The position numbers and the translations under genes were made by a program. Of a stretch of DNA of 29,757 nucleotides, positions 1 through 12,172 are shown one piece after another (the stretch's first letter is position 1; every line of letters begins with the position of its first letter). A model generated the notes under the pieces. That model ran no database searches. It worked only from the letters and a program-made list of their open reading frames with translations, and was not told the origin of the DNA. The stretch is from Ascoidea asiatica JCM 7603. Lineage: Eukaryota > Fungi > Ascomycota. The stretch is from NCBI GenBank assembly GCA_001600695.1, contig BCKQ01000011.1, positions 240,961 through 270,717 of the forward strand, written 5' to 3'.

Positions 1-813
1 GATTCTCATGCTGCTTTTGTAAGTTTAAGAAAAAATTTAGATATTTATTCTTCTGTAACTTATATAAAATCTTTACCTGGTGTTAATACAAGAATGTCAA
101 ATATTAATTTAGTTATAATTAGAGAAAATACAGAAGCTGAATATTCTGGTTTAGAACATCAATCTGTACCTGGTGTTATAGAAAGTTTAAAAATAGTAAC
201 AAAAAAAAAATCAGAAAGAATTGGAAATTTTGCTTTAGAATTTGCTTTAAAAAATAATAGAAAAAAAATTACAATTATTCATAAAGCAAATATTATGAAA
301 TTAGCTGATGGTTTATTTAGAAATACTGTAAAAGATACAATTCAATCACAATCTTTAAATTCAAATTTAATTATTAATGATATGATTGTTGATAATACTT
401 CTATGCAAATTGTTTCAAAACCAAATCAATTTGATATTTTAGTAACTCCAAATTTATATGGTTCAATATTATCATCAATTGGTACTGGTTTAGTTGGTGG
501 TCCAGGTTTTGTACCTGGTGCAAATTTTGGTAGAGAATTTGCAATTTTTGAACCTGGTTGTAGACATTGTGGTATAAATTTAACAGAACCTGAAAAAGCA
601 AATCCAATTGCAACTATTTTATCTTCTTGTCTTTTATTAAGACATTTAAATTTAATTAATTTTGCTATAAGAATTGAAACTGCAATTAATCATATTTTAA
701 TTGAAGGTAAATTTAAAACTTTTGATATTGGTGGTAATACAACTTGTGATGATTTTACAAATGCTGTTATTAATAAATTAAATTCTTTTGATTCTTTTAT
801 TAAATTGAATTAA
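1..813 (+). CDS. IDH1: Mitochondrial NAD-dependent isocitrate dehydrogenase regulatory subunit 1 (5'-partial, divergent)
   Basis: Frame is open from base 1 (DSHAAFVSLRKNLDIYSSV...), so the ATG at 94 is internal. Motifs IIRENTExEYSGLEH, HKANIMKLADGLF, IVDNxSMQ, FDILVTPNLYG and GANFGREFAIFEPG match the IDH1-type subunit. Stop is TAA at 811-813. Confidence 0.9.
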   Translation, partial: DSHAAFVSLRKNLDIYSSVTYIKSLPGVNTRMSNINLVIIRENTEAEYSGLEHQSVPGVIESLKIVTKKKSERIGNFALEFALKNNRKKITIIHKANIMKLADGLFRNTVKDTIQSQSLNSNLIINDMIVDNTSMQIVSKPNQFDILVTPNLYGSILSSIGTGLVGGPGFVPGANFGREFAIFEPGCRHCGINLTEPEKANPIATILSSCLLLRHLNLINFAIRIETAINHILIEGKFKTFDIGGNTTCDDFTNAVINKLNSFDSFIKLN

Positions 814-1012
814 TACCTTCTATAAATAATTAATCAAAATAATAAATAAAATAATAAACAAATTAATAAACTACAATTTTATTTATATATTTGATAAATT
901 TTTTATTTTTCTTTTCTTTTCTTTTCTTTTCTTTTCATTTTTTTTTAACTTTTGATTTTTAAACTATAACAAATAAATGAATAATATAAAAATTAAACTA
1001 AGATAAATAAAG

Positions 1013-1086
1013 ATATATATATATATATATATATATAATAATATATAATAATATATAATAATATAATATAATATAATATAATATAT
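1013..1086. repeat. (AT)n microsatellite merging into ATATATAATA/ATATA tandem units
   Basis: Directly visible, between the convergent 3' ends of IDH1 and TIF1. Confidence 0.9.
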
Positions 1087-1091
1087 TAAAA

Positions 1092-2282
1092 TTATGCAAG
1101 TATAGTATCAATATCACCAGGCATTTCTTCAATTTGAGTTGAATAAAATTTCTCAATTTCTCTCATTAAACCAATATCTTCACTTGTAACAAAATTAATT
1201 GCAACACCTTTTCTACCAAAACGACCACCTCTACCAATTCTATGAATATAATTTTCTTTATTAGTTGGTAAATCATAATTAATAACTAAAGAAACTTGTT
1301 GAACATCAATACCTCTTGCTAATAAATCAGTTGAAATTAAAATTCTTGAAGATCCAGTTCTAAATTCTTGCATAATTGTATCTCTTTCAGTTTGTGTTAA
1401 TTCAGAATGAATTGCAGATACAGTAAATTTATTTTCATGTAATTGTTGTGTTAAAAATTCAACTTTTCTTTTTGTATTACAAAAAATTACAGCTTGAGTA
1501 ACAGAAATTGATTCATATAAATCACATAAACAATCAAATTTAAATGCTTCTTTTTCAACATCAACAAAAAATTGTTTAATACCTTCTAAAGTTAATTCAT
1601 CTTTTTTAACTAAAATTCTAATTGGATCTCTCATAAATTTAGTTGTAACTTCTAAAACATCTTGAGGCATAGTTGCAGATAAAAGAACAACTTGAGTTGA
1701 AGTTGGTAATAATCTAAAAATATTATAAATTTGTTCTTTAAAACCAGATGATAACATTTCATCAGCTTCATCTAAAATAAACATTTTAACAGAATCAGTT
1801 TTAAAAATTCTTCTATTAATCATATCAAAAACTCTACCTGGAGTACCAACAACAATTTGTGCACCTTCTTTAAAAGCAGCAATATCTTCATTAACTGGAG
1901 TACCACCAATACATGAATGAACAGTAATATCTAAATGTAAACCAATTGATAAAACAACTTTTTGAATTTGTAAAGCTAATTCTCTTGTTGGAGCTAAAAT
2001 TAAAGCTTGAGTTTCTTTAACTTTTTCATCAATATTTTGTAAAGCAGAAATTGTAAAAGTTGCAGTTTTTCCTGTACCAGATTGTGCTTGAGCTAAAACA
2101 TCACGACCTTCAATAACTGGTAAAATTGCTCTTTGTTGAATTGCAGATGGAGTTTCATAACCATAACCATAAATACCTCTTAAAATATCTTTTTTAAGAT
2201 TTAAATCATCAAAAGAAAGAACTTGTTTATCATAATTTGATTCAATTAAACGTTCATCAACTTCAGTAATACCATCAGCCAT
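1092..2282 (-). CDS. TIF1: Translation initiation factor eIF4A (DEAD-box RNA helicase)
   Basis: 396 aa with Q motif ([10 protein letters not shown]), [39 protein letters not shown] and [13 protein letters not shown]. Confidence 0.97.
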   Translation of the reverse strand: MADGITEVDERLIESNYDKQVLSFDDLNLKKDILRGIYGYGYETPSAIQQRAILPVIEGRDVLAQAQSGTGKTATFTISALQNIDEKVKETQALILAPTRELALQIQKVVLSIGLHLDITVHSCIGGTPVNEDIAAFKEGAQIVVGTPGRVFDMINRRIFKTDSVKMFILDEADEMLSSGFKEQIYNIFRLLPTSTQVVLLSATMPQDVLEVTTKFMRDPIRILVKKDELTLEGIKQFFVDVEKEAFKFDCLCDLYESISVTQAVIFCNTKRKVEFLTQQLHENKFTVSAIHSELTQTERDTIMQEFRTGSSRILISTDLLARGIDVQQVSLVINYDLPTNKENYIHRIGRGGRFGRKGVAINFVTSEDIGLMREIEKFYSTQIEEMPGDIDTILA

Positions 2283-2527
2283 GATTTGTATTATTTTTAT
2301 CTTATCTTATTTTATTTTATTTTAAATATGATTTCTATAAAGAAATTATAATTTATTTAAATGTATTAGATTTTTATATTATTATTAATATATAATATAA
2401 TATAATATAATAAAGTACTTTAATATGACAAATATATACTAATTTTATATCTATCAATGTGCAAAATCAAATTTATAAACATAAACTGAAGAAATTCGCA
2501 AAATTCAAATTCTCTCAGTGAAATCGT

Positions 2528-2692
2528 TGAAAATTTTTCTTTGTCAAATTTTACAAAATTTTTGAAAACAAAAACCGAGACGCGGAAGTGCAGCGGAGTT
2601 ACCCAATAAAAGAGGATTATGTAATCAATTAGTAATCAAACTGTTACCCTGACCGAGTTCTAAAAAAAGGGGTAATTGAGGCGAGTGAAAAA
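2528..2692. promoter_or_regulatory. TIF1 upstream region with an RRPE-like element and three TTACCC (Reb1-like) cores
   Basis: TGAAAATTTTT at 2528-2538, TTACCC at 2599-2604 and 2644-2649, GGGTAA at 2670-2675, all in a locally GC-richer island. Confidence 0.5.
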
Positions 2693-2866
2693 TTGATATG
2701 TGGCGAAGTAAATAATTTTCAATTTTGTTGAGGTTTACAAAAAGAAGCTTTAGAAATGAAGAAAGAAATGAAGAAGAAACTGGCGAAGGAGACAATTACT
2801 GCTGATTGAGAATGATGAACAAAGAGAGTGATGAACAAAGAGAAAGATGTATTAGAGTATAAAGAT

Positions 2867-3263
2867 TCAGCTGCCATTGCCATTCTGGTTCTGGTTTTGA
2901 AGATTGGAGGCTGCTGAGATCAACTGCTGGAGAAGTTGAAGCTGTTCAGAGCTGATATTAGCAGGATTAATTCCATTTACTCCATTTGATACATTTGAAC
3001 CATTTGATGAATTCATATTCACATTCATGTTAGTATTTGGGCTTATATTGGAATTCATATTGGAATTCATATTGGAATTCATATTGGAATTTGGATTATT
3101 GAAATTATTGAAGTTATTGGAATTATTAAAGTTATTGGAGTTATTGAAATTATTATAATTTTCATTACCTTCATTATAATTACTATTTGAATTATTAAAA
3201 TTTCTATTCATATTCATACTATTTATATTCATATTACTATTCACTTTCATATTGTTATTATTA

Positions 3264-3298
<35 letters not shown>

Positions 3299-5440
3299 CA
3301 TGTTATTTTGATTTTGATTTAGGATTGGATAATTACCTCTATTATTCAGATTTCTTTGATAGTCATTATTATTACTATTATTAATGTTATTATTACTTTG
3401 ATTATCTTGATTATAATTATTTTGATTAATTGGATTATTTTGTGGAAATCTTCTTTGGATAATATCTAAATTTTGAGAAACTGATGAATAAACTGAATTA
3501 TAAACTGAACTGTATCCATTCTTATTATTAGAATTATCATTACTATTATTCTTATTATTATTATTCTTATTATTATTATTATTATTAATATTATTATTAC
3601 TTAATGAAGTATATGGTTTTAATCCTCCTCTTCTATTATTACCATTATTACCTCCATGATTTATATTATTATTATTTAAAAATCCAGAATTATATGATTT
3701 AACTCCATTATTTGTATTCCTATTCATATTATTTGTATTATTCATGTTATTCATATAATTATTTCCTCTTGTATTATTAAAATTATCTCTTTTATTTCTT
3801 TTGAATGAATTATCATTTCTATTTCTTCTTCTATTATCATTGTTATTAATATTAGTATTTTCATTAGAATTATTATTGAAATTTTCATTTATATTTATTT
3901 CATTATCATTAATATTCACTTTATTAGTCACTTCATTTCTCTCATTTCCATTTTGATTTAAAGTTTTCTTCTCAATTTCATTTTCATTTTCATTTTCCTT
4001 ATTTTTATCATTAATAGTAGAATTAGAATTAAAATTAAATTGCCTAGATGAACCATTTAAATCACTAATTTCATTCACTTTTCTTTTATTTTTTTTATTT
4101 CCATTTTTTTTATTTCCACCTTTTTTATTTTTTTTAAAAGCAGCTTCTGCTTCATCATCACTAAAAAATTCATCTTTTTCATCTTCTTCATCAAATGCAT
4201 TTGATGCATCTGTAACTCTAATTTTTTTAATTTCATTTGTAAATAAAAAATTTGTATGAGAAACATCATAAAAAATTTTATCACCAATTTTTCTATTATT
4301 TAAAATTTTTTTAAAAAATTCATCATTTTTAATTATAACTCTAAAAAAAGGTTGAGAAACAGATCCAAAAACTTCAAATAATGGTCCTAAAATATTTCTA
4401 TCTTCAAAACATAAAATTGAATTATCTTTTAAAATTCTATATTCTCCAGTTGTATATGATTTTATTATAATATTATTATTAAATATTGATGTAATTTTAC
4501 CAATATATTCAATTGGTATATTTGGATCAAGATTTGTTTCAATTGGTATATCTGGTGCTTCTTCTGTTATTTCATGAACAGATTTTATTGGACCAGAAAC
4601 TACATCACCTTCTTCTTCATCTAAATCATCATAAAATAAATCTTGAATATTATCTTCTTCTTCGCCTTCTTCTTGTTCATCAGCTTCATTATCAGAAGAA
4701 GAATCCGAGTCTGAATCCGAATCTGAGTCTGAATTTGAGTCTGAGTCTGAATCTGAGTCTGAATCTGATTTATTCAGTTCTTCTGATTTTTTTTGAGTAG
4801 TATCTAGGTTATCATCTTCAACCATTATTTGACCAATTTTATCTTCTTCTTCTTTTTCTTCCATATCTATATCTGAATCTAAATTTTTTTCGTTTTTATC
4901 GATTTTTTCATCAATTGTATTATTTGAAAGTTTTTCTTCTAATATATTTGTAGTGGAAGTTGATCCTTCTTGAATACTAGTATTTTGATCTGTCTGAAGT
5001 TTTGAATCTGAATCTATATTCTTATTCGTTATTTCTTCTTTATTTGTAGTTGTTGGGTTTGAATCTTTTACTATTTCTTCTTCTTTTATTGTTACTTTGA
5101 TATCTTCATTATTCGTGCAATCGTCGTTTTTGGAATCCTCAACTGTTGACACTGGTATATCTAATTCTTGTTTCATTGGATTAGAAGGTGAATTATTATC
5201 TGTAAAAGTAACGTTCTCATTGATTTTGGAATCCACTTCATTTTCCTTACTTTGTTCTTTTGGGATCTCAGTGCTTAAGCTCTGATTATGTATTTGATTT
5301 ATTTTATCTATTTGTTCAGTTATACTCTTATTATTTTCTTCATCTTTAATAATCGAATTATTTTTAATTTCAATGGTTACATCATTGTAAGCACTCTCAT
5401 CATTCGAGATCTCGTTTGCACTATTATTATTTGACTCCAT
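2867..5440 (-). CDS. NAF1: H/ACA snoRNP assembly factor Naf1 (Gar1/Naf1 domain) with acidic N-terminus and Asn-rich C-terminus
   Basis: Core GPIKSVHEI...IEYIGKITSIFNNNIII...SILCFEDRNILGPLFEVFGSVSQPFFRV...TDASNAFDEE...EFFSDDEAEAAFKK is typical of Naf1. An (SD)n tract precedes it. Confidence 0.9.
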
Positions 5441-5767
5441 GATCTTTCTTATGATACTTTTTAGTTATGTTATATTTATAATAAATTGTAAGTGTTGAAT
5501 AAAAAAAACAAAAATTTACTTTTGAAATATTTCATCAAAAATCAATCTCCAAAACAAAATTTCAAAAATATTTTTTTTTGGGTTTTCTTTTTTCACATAC
5601 AAATTCAAAACCAGACTGACGGGTCAAGTAGATTTTGGCCGTCGGAAATGAAATTTACACTTTAATATTAGTTAAATAAATTATTTAAGTTTTTATTTCA
5701 TAATTAAAGAATATTAAATTTGAAAAAAAAAGGTATATTGATAATATATAAAATATATGAGGATTGT

Positions 5768-7216
5768 TTAAACACTTAATTGAACAGATTCTTCAGTAAT
5801 ATAATGTTTATATGGAGCTATAGCTTCAGCAACAGTAACATTAATAAATTTTTCAGTTTGTTCTGGAGCTCTACCAATAAAAGTTGAAGGATTTAATAAA
5901 TTATCAAGATCATTCCATATTGGTTCAAAATATTTAGTTTTTTTAATTCTTTCAATTAAATCATTATCACCACCATTTAATTTAACATTTGCACTACTTT
6001 GATGAGAAAGAATTCTAATTTCTTCATGACAATCTTGTCTTGAACCACCTTTTTCAACCATTGCCATAATTATATTTTCTGTAGCCATAAAAGGTAATTC
6101 AGATTGAATTCTTCTTTGAATAACTTTTGGATAAACAACTAAACCAGAAGTTATATTTAACATTGTTGATAATAAAATATCTGCAGTTAAAAATGCAGAA
6201 GGTAATGAAATTCTTCTAATTGCAGAATCATCTAAAGTTCTTTCAAACCATTGAACTGAGGCAGTTTGAACAGCATCATTAAATAAACCAGACATATGTC
6301 TTGCTAATGAACAAACTCTTTCACATCTCATTGGATTTCTTTTATAAGCCATTGCAGAAGAACCAATTTGAGATTTTTCAAAAGGTTCTTCAATTTCTTT
6401 TAAATTTGCTAATAATCTAATATCAGTTGCAAATTTATGAGCAGTTGCACTTAAAGAAACTAAAGGTGATAAAACATCAATATCAATTTTTCTTGAATAA
6501 GTTTGACCAGTAACAGGATATGAATGATTAAAATTTAATAAATTAATAATTTTTAAATCTAAATCTTCAACTTTTTCATGATTACCATGAAATAAAGTTA
6601 AAAATGAAGCTTGAGTACCAGTTGTACCTTTTGCACCTCTTAAACCAATATCATTTCTTGCTCTTATCATATTTCTTAAATCCCATAATAATTCTTGAAT
6701 CCATAAAGTTGATCTTTTACCCACAGTTGTTAATTGAGCAGGTTGAAAATGAGTCCAACCTAAAACAGGTAAATCTTTATAATTTAAAGCAAATTTAGAT
6801 AATCTATCAATAATATTAATTAATTTTGGTATAATTATATCATAAGCATCTCTTAAAAAAATTAAATCTGCATTATCTGTAACATAACAAGATGTTGCAC
6901 CTAAATGAATTATACCTGCAGCAGATGGACAAGTTTTACCAAATACATGAACATGAGCCATAACATCATGTCTTACAATAGCTTCTTGTTTTTTAGCATC
7001 TTCAATTTCTTCATCAGTTATAATTAAATGATTTTCCATTTCTTTAATTGCTTCATCAGTAATAATATCTAAACCTAAAGATTTTTCTGCTTTTGCTAAA
7101 GTTAACCATAATTTTCTCCATGTTGAAAATCTATTTCTTATTGAAAAGATATGTGACATTTCTTCAGATGCATATCTTGAAGAAAGTGGTGTTGAATATT
7201 TATCATTTGCATTCAT
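5768..7216 (-). CDS. ADE13: Adenylosuccinate lyase
   Basis: 482 aa with [37 protein letters not shown] and the fumarate-lyase signature [15 protein letters not shown]. Confidence 0.98.
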   Translation of the reverse strand: MNANDKYSTPLSSRYASEEMSHIFSIRNRFSTWRKLWLTLAKAEKSLGLDIITDEAIKEMENHLIITDEEIEDAKKQEAIVRHDVMAHVHVFGKTCPSAAGIIHLGATSCYVTDNADLIFLRDAYDIIIPKLINIIDRLSKFALNYKDLPVLGWTHFQPAQLTTVGKRSTLWIQELLWDLRNMIRARNDIGLRGAKGTTGTQASFLTLFHGNHEKVEDLDLKIINLLNFNHSYPVTGQTYSRKIDIDVLSPLVSLSATAHKFATDIRLLANLKEIEEPFEKSQIGSSAMAYKRNPMRCERVCSLARHMSGLFNDAVQTASVQWFERTLDDSAIRRISLPSAFLTADILLSTMLNITSGLVVYPKVIQRRIQSELPFMATENIIMAMVEKGGSRQDCHEEIRILSHQSSANVKLNGGDNDLIERIKKTKYFEPIWNDLDNLLNPSTFIGRAPEQTEKFINVTVAEAIAPYKHYITEESVQLSV

Positions 7217-7520
7217 TTTGAATTAGTTTTTTAGTTTATTAGTTTATTTAATTATTATAAATGAGTATATTAAGTCAAGCTTAATTAAAGTAATTTGAGT
7301 GTAATGTGAATAGGAATAAGAAATAAAAGAGACAAAAAGAATATTTATAAAAGAAGAGTAAATCTCTCTTATTTAAATGATTCTAAAAAGTTATTGCAAT
7401 TCAACTTGAGTATTTATTTCTTCTTCATTGAACTCGATACTCAATCAATAAATAAAAATAAAATAAAATAAAATAAAATAATAAAAAATATTTTAATTAA
7501 ATTCAATTAAAATTCAATTT

Positions 7521-7542
7521 GCGATGCGTGAAATTTTGACTC
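7521..7542. promoter_or_regulatory. ADE13/TAD2 divergent promoter with PAC-like, RRPE-like and TGACTC (Bas1/Gcn4-type) motifs
   Basis: GCGATGCG at 7521-7528, TGAAATTTT at 7529-7537 and TGACTC at 7537-7542, about 320 bp upstream of the ADE13 ATG. Confidence 0.5.
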
Positions 7543-7890
7543 GGGCAGCGCAGCGAAGAAAACGAGGAAAAAAACTAAGAAAGCAATGAAAACGGGTGGC
7601 AAGCAGGCCAATCAAGCTCAGAGAACTGGCAGTGGCATAAATCGAGTGTGGGTGAAGGAAAGAAGTGTGAATAAAGAATAAATAAAGAATACCAAGAGAA
7701 TAAACAGGAGAATAATGATAAATAATGACAAATAATAATAAATAATATCAAATATAATAATAACAAGACTAAGAAGAACATCTGACAATTCATTGAGGAG
7801 GAAATATTATTTGGAGTATGGATATCTGTCCATTTAAGAGACACAGAAGAACTATAGAAAGAAAAAAGACAAGTAAAATACAATACAATC

Positions 7891-8931
7891 ATGGAGACAA
7901 CAGATGAAAACAATGCAAACAATGATGAATTATCTTCTCAAAACTTACAAAATCATTTCAGATTCATGAGACTTGCTTTAAACCAAGCTGAATATGCCTT
8001 ATCTAAAAATGAAGTTCCTGTTGGTTGTATATTTGTATATAATAATAATGAAATAATTTCTACTGGTTCTAATTTAACTAATGATACATCTTCAGGAATT
8101 TATCATGCTGAATTAATTGGAATTGAGAAAATTTTAAAAAAATTCAAATTATTAAATAATTCAAAACTATCAAACTTCAATCAACTTGATTATTATAATA
8201 AAATACATAAAATATTCAATAAAATTGATTTATATGTAACAGTTGAACCTTGTATAATGTGTGCTTCTGCTTTAAGACAATTAGGTCTAAGAAAGGTAAT
8301 ATTTGGTTGTACGAATGATAGATTTGGTGGTAATGGTTCAATAATTTCAATAAATAATGATAATTTCAAAAATTTAAATAATTCAATTCCAATTTATAAA
8401 TCTTTTCCTTCAATTGGTAAAGAAGAATCAATAATTTTATTAAGAAAATTTTATATTAATGAAAATAAAAATTCTCCAAATCCACAAACTTCAATTTTAA
8501 ATCCAAGATTGTTAAAATTTAATGAAATTCCAAAAATTAAATTTAATAAATTTTTATCTGATAATGAATTTAAAAAATTTTATGGCTTTAAAAATTATTT
8601 AAAATATTATAAAGAATCTTTAAGTGTCAATAGTTCTGAAAAAGTAATTATTAATAATATTGAATATGAATATGATAAATATATTGATCCAATATTACCT
8701 TTAAATCCAAAACTTTTTAAGGAAATTCAAAATTGGGAAATTCAAAATAATTTAAAAATTCTTAATTATGATAATATTGATAATATTAAACAAAATGAAC
8801 CTTATAATTATGATGATATAATTTTTCATAATGAAGATTTACAGACTTTAAATTATATAAAAACTAATAGAATTTATAATAATGACAATAATAATACTCT
8901 TATAGATGTAAAAAAAAGAAAATTAAATTAA
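7891..8931 (+). CDS. TAD2: tRNA-specific adenosine-34 deaminase catalytic subunit
   Basis: FMRLAL...EVPVGCIFV, HAE, LYVTVEPCIMCASAL, FGCTNDRFGGNGS and LLRKFYINEN motifs. Confidence 0.93.
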   Translation: METTDENNANNDELSSQNLQNHFRFMRLALNQAEYALSKNEVPVGCIFVYNNNEIISTGSNLTNDTSSGIYHAELIGIEKILKKFKLLNNSKLSNFNQLDYYNKIHKIFNKIDLYVTVEPCIMCASALRQLGLRKVIFGCTNDRFGGNGSIISINNDNFKNLNNSIPIYKSFPSIGKEESIILLRKFYINENKNSPNPQTSILNPRLLKFNEIPKIKFNKFLSDNEFKKFYGFKNYLKYYKESLSVNSSEKVIINNIEYEYDKYIDPILPLNPKLFKEIQNWEIQNNLKILNYDNIDNIKQNEPYNYDDIIFHNEDLQTLNYIKTNRIYNNDNNNTLIDVKKRKLN

Positions 8932-9001
8932 GTAATGTAAGATATATAAATAATTTTAATTTAATTTTTTCTATGAATATCTAAATACTGTATAAGTATA
9001 A

Positions 9002-11440
9002 TTAAAATTTTATATAATTAGATTTAAATGCAGGACCTTTTTCAATAGAATTTTCTGGTCTTTCAATAACAATCATCTCATTTAATCCAATATTATTAAC
9101 ATATAATAATGATTTATATCTAAAACTAATCCAAAATGATTTACATTTATTCTCATTCTCAATCTCAGTCTCAAATTTATTATTACTATTATTATTATTA
9201 TTATTATTATTCTGATTTTTAATTGGACTTTCTAAAGCATCAACAAAATTCTCTTTACTATCAATTAATTCATTCTCTTCATGATTTTCCTGATTTTTTT
9301 CTTCTTCTTCTTCTTCTTCAATATTCATTAATTCTTCATTTAAATCTCCATTAATAGTTCCAGATTCTTCATCATCATTAACACTTAATCCATTAGATTT
9401 ACGTTTCTTATACCTTTGATCAACTTTTGTCTTTTTATTTGATATTTTATTTTTAAAATCTTTTGAAATATTTAAAGATAAATCAAAAAATGATATCCAA
9501 TTTGCTCCCCATAACCAAATTCTATCATTTGATTTATCATCTAAAAATATTCCACAACATTTATTTTCTAATGATAAAAAAATTTTTGGAATAATTTCTG
9601 AATTTTTTTTTGACCAATCACTTAATAATGAAAAATTTTCATTATTATTTTCTTCAATTTCATTTTTTAATAATTTAATTTTAAAAAATTGTTTTAAATT
9701 AAATTCATAAATTTTATTTTCTGCAGTTATAATAATTAATGAATCTCTTTTTGTAAATTCAATAATTATTGGAGAAATTGATAATCTTGCTAATTGATAA
9801 CATTTATTATTATCATCTTTTAATGATATTATATCTATAGCTCCAGATAATCTTGCAATTGCAATATATTTATTATCTAAAGAAATTTTAAAATCTCTAA
9901 TATTTTCTAAATATTGTAATTTTGATTTAAGTTTATTAATTGATGAAAGTTCTAAATCTGTTATAGAAATAGAATAATTATTATTTAATTCATTATCATT
10001 TAATCCTTTAATTTCAATTTTATTTATTTCTTTTCCATTTATAGTTATTAAAGTTTCATTATTATCATTTAAAAATTTTATTTTTTCAGCACCATAATCA
10101 TTTAATTTATTACATAAATCTCTAATTTTTTCAATTTTAAGTTTTTCTTTATTATTTCTTGATATAACAAATGATAATTTAAATATTTTAATATTATTTG
10201 ATCTTGAAATAACTAAATATTTTCCATTTGAACTAAAATCACATGAAGATATATTTTCTTCATCTGATAAAATTAATTTTGAAATTAATTTATAATTATT
10301 ATCTTTTGATAATTTCCATATTTTGATAATATCATCTTGCCACATTAAAATTAATCTATTTAATTTATTAATTATAATATTTGGTTGTAATTGTTGAATT
10401 AATGGAATTTTTCTTTGTCCATAAAATGTAAAATTATTTATAGAATTAATTATAATTTGTTTTTCAACACCACCAGATATAAGTAAATTACTACCCTTTG
10501 ATTGAAAAGATGTAATTGATCTAATATCATTTGAATGAATTAATCTTTTTGAAGAATTAATCCATTGAAATTTAACTTTATTTTTATTTTTATTTGTACC
10601 AATAGTTTCTGCCAATGTAAAATTATAAATTTTTCTATCAACACCAGCTGCAAATATATTTTCTTCATTTAAATCACAAGTTAATGTTAAAATATCAGCT
10701 TCAGAAATTTTAAAAGATTGTTGTAAAGTAAATAATTTTAAATCCCAAAATTTTATAGAACCTGTTGAATCTCCAGTGACAATATAGTTTTTTTTTGGTA
10801 AAACTATTACAGACCAAATTAAAGTTCCTTCAATTTTAGATTTATCAACTCTCATTGTTGAAACTATTCTTCCTCTATTTTTTATATCAAGACTCCAACA
10901 TCTTATTTTACCATCAGCACAACCTCCAATGATATGTTTATCTTGATTAAAAGAAATTGATAAAACTCTTGAAATTTGTTTTTGAAGAATTGAATAAAAT
11001 TCTAAAGATCCAGGACCTCCAGAAATATCAATAATAACTACAGAACCATTATCACAACCTACAACTAATTTATTATAATCAAAACTTACATCAATAGACC
11101 AAATTACTCCTGCATTACAATCATAATTCTTTAATGGTTCACCTGTTTCTAAATTCCATTCAGTTATAACTGTAGAACCACCAATAGAAAAAAGTCTTGG
11201 AATACAATTATCCCATAAAGCCCAAATTAGACCTTCAATAGATCTTCCTTTACCACCTTTGAATAATCTCTCTTGAACCCAATTATATTTAGGATTCCAT
11301 ATTTCAATATCACCATTTGCTCTACCTACAGCCAATCTTAAATCATGAGGAGTAAAACTTGAAGTAGATCTATGACTGAAGGCCAAAGACGTTATAGTAT
11401 GAGGTTTATAATCAACAAATCTACAACGATGAATATTCAT
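9002..11440 (-). CDS. UTP4: U3 snoRNP/SSU processome t-UTP WD40 subunit Utp4
   Basis: Diagnostic N-terminus MNIHRCRFVDY...LRLAVGRANGDIEIWNP...GGKGRSIEGLIW, WD40 repeats, and C-terminal FW...IVIERP. Confidence 0.95.
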   Translation of the reverse strand: MNIHRCRFVDYKPHTITSLAFSHRSTSSFTPHDLRLAVGRANGDIEIWNPKYNWVQERLFKGGKGRSIEGLIWALWDNCIPRLFSIGGSTVITEWNLETGEPLKNYDCNAGVIWSIDVSFDYNKLVVGCDNGSVVIIDISGGPGSLEFYSILQKQISRVLSISFNQDKHIIGGCADGKIRCWSLDIKNRGRIVSTMRVDKSKIEGTLIWSVIVLPKKNYIVTGDSTGSIKFWDLKLFTLQQSFKISEADILTLTCDLNEENIFAAGVDRKIYNFTLAETIGTNKNKNKVKFQWINSSKRLIHSNDIRSITSFQSKGSNLLISGGVEKQIIINSINNFTFYGQRKIPLIQQLQPNIIINKLNRLILMWQDDIIKIWKLSKDNNYKLISKLILSDEENISSCDFSSNGKYLVISRSNNIKIFKLSFVISRNNKEKLKIEKIRDLCNKLNDYGAEKIKFLNDNNETLITINGKEINKIEIKGLNDNELNNNYSISITDLELSSINKLKSKLQYLENIRDFKISLDNKYIAIARLSGAIDIISLKDDNNKCYQLARLSISPIIIEFTKRDSLIIITAENKIYEFNLKQFFKIKLLKNEIEENNNENFSLLSDWSKKNSEIIPKIFLSLENKCCGIFLDDKSNDRIWLWGANWISFFDLSLNISKDFKNKISNKKTKVDQRYKKRKSNGLSVNDDEESGTINGDLNEELMNIEEEEEEEKNQENHEENELIDSKENFVDALESPIKNQNNNNNNNNSNNKFETEIENENKCKSFWISFRYKSLLYVNNIGLNEMIVIERPENSIEKGPAFKSNYIKF

Positions 11441-11562
11441 TTCTTTGAAATATAACTCTTCACTTATCTTTTGTCTGATTGAATTCTAGTGATTTAATTC
11501 AATGGATTTCTATTCTCCAACAACTTTCCACTAATTTCATCACTCTCATTGTTTTTCCTCCA

Positions 11563-11617
11563 TGAAATATTTTTTTTTTCAGAGTGCTTAAAATTCAAAA
11601 AAAAAAAAATATTTTCA
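11563..11617. promoter_or_regulatory. Pair of inverted RRPE-like/poly(dA:dT) elements upstream of UTP4
   Basis: TGAAATATTTTTTTTTT starting at 11563 and AAAAAAAAATATTTTCA ending at 11617. Expected in a ribosome-biogenesis promoter. Confidence 0.5.
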
Positions 11618-12172
11618 GATGCAGATATGCGTAAAAATATGTATTTAAATGCATAGTGTAGTGGCGTAGTAAAATGTGGCTAATTATTGGACCCGTTGCG
11701 GTGGTCGTGGCCTGCGAATTCCGTTTGTTGTGTCTTTTTGCTCTTGTTTTGGCCGGAGAATTAAATTAAAGGGAGATTCAGCCAACTTTAAATGCTCTAA
11801 AGTAAATAAAAGTAGCTTTAATGATAATAGTAATATAATAAATATAATAAATCTGTGAAAAGAGTCGATAATATTGGAGATACACTGAGTAGATAGAATT
11901 GATTGATGAATAGAAAAGAAAATTACTGATTCATTCAACTGTTGTGTAGCTAAGATCCTTAAAGCTGAAGAAAGTAATTCCAAAGGTATCGTCTCCAAGA
12001 AGAAACTGACCTTTGTTTTGTTATAATAATAATAAATAATATTAATACTGTATAATAAATATATCTATGAATCAACTTTCAATTCTCCGAATTTTCAATA
12101 AAAGCTAACTTTATTTTAATGATCCATCATTGGGTATTGATATAATATAATTCATTAATAAATTTTCAACCT

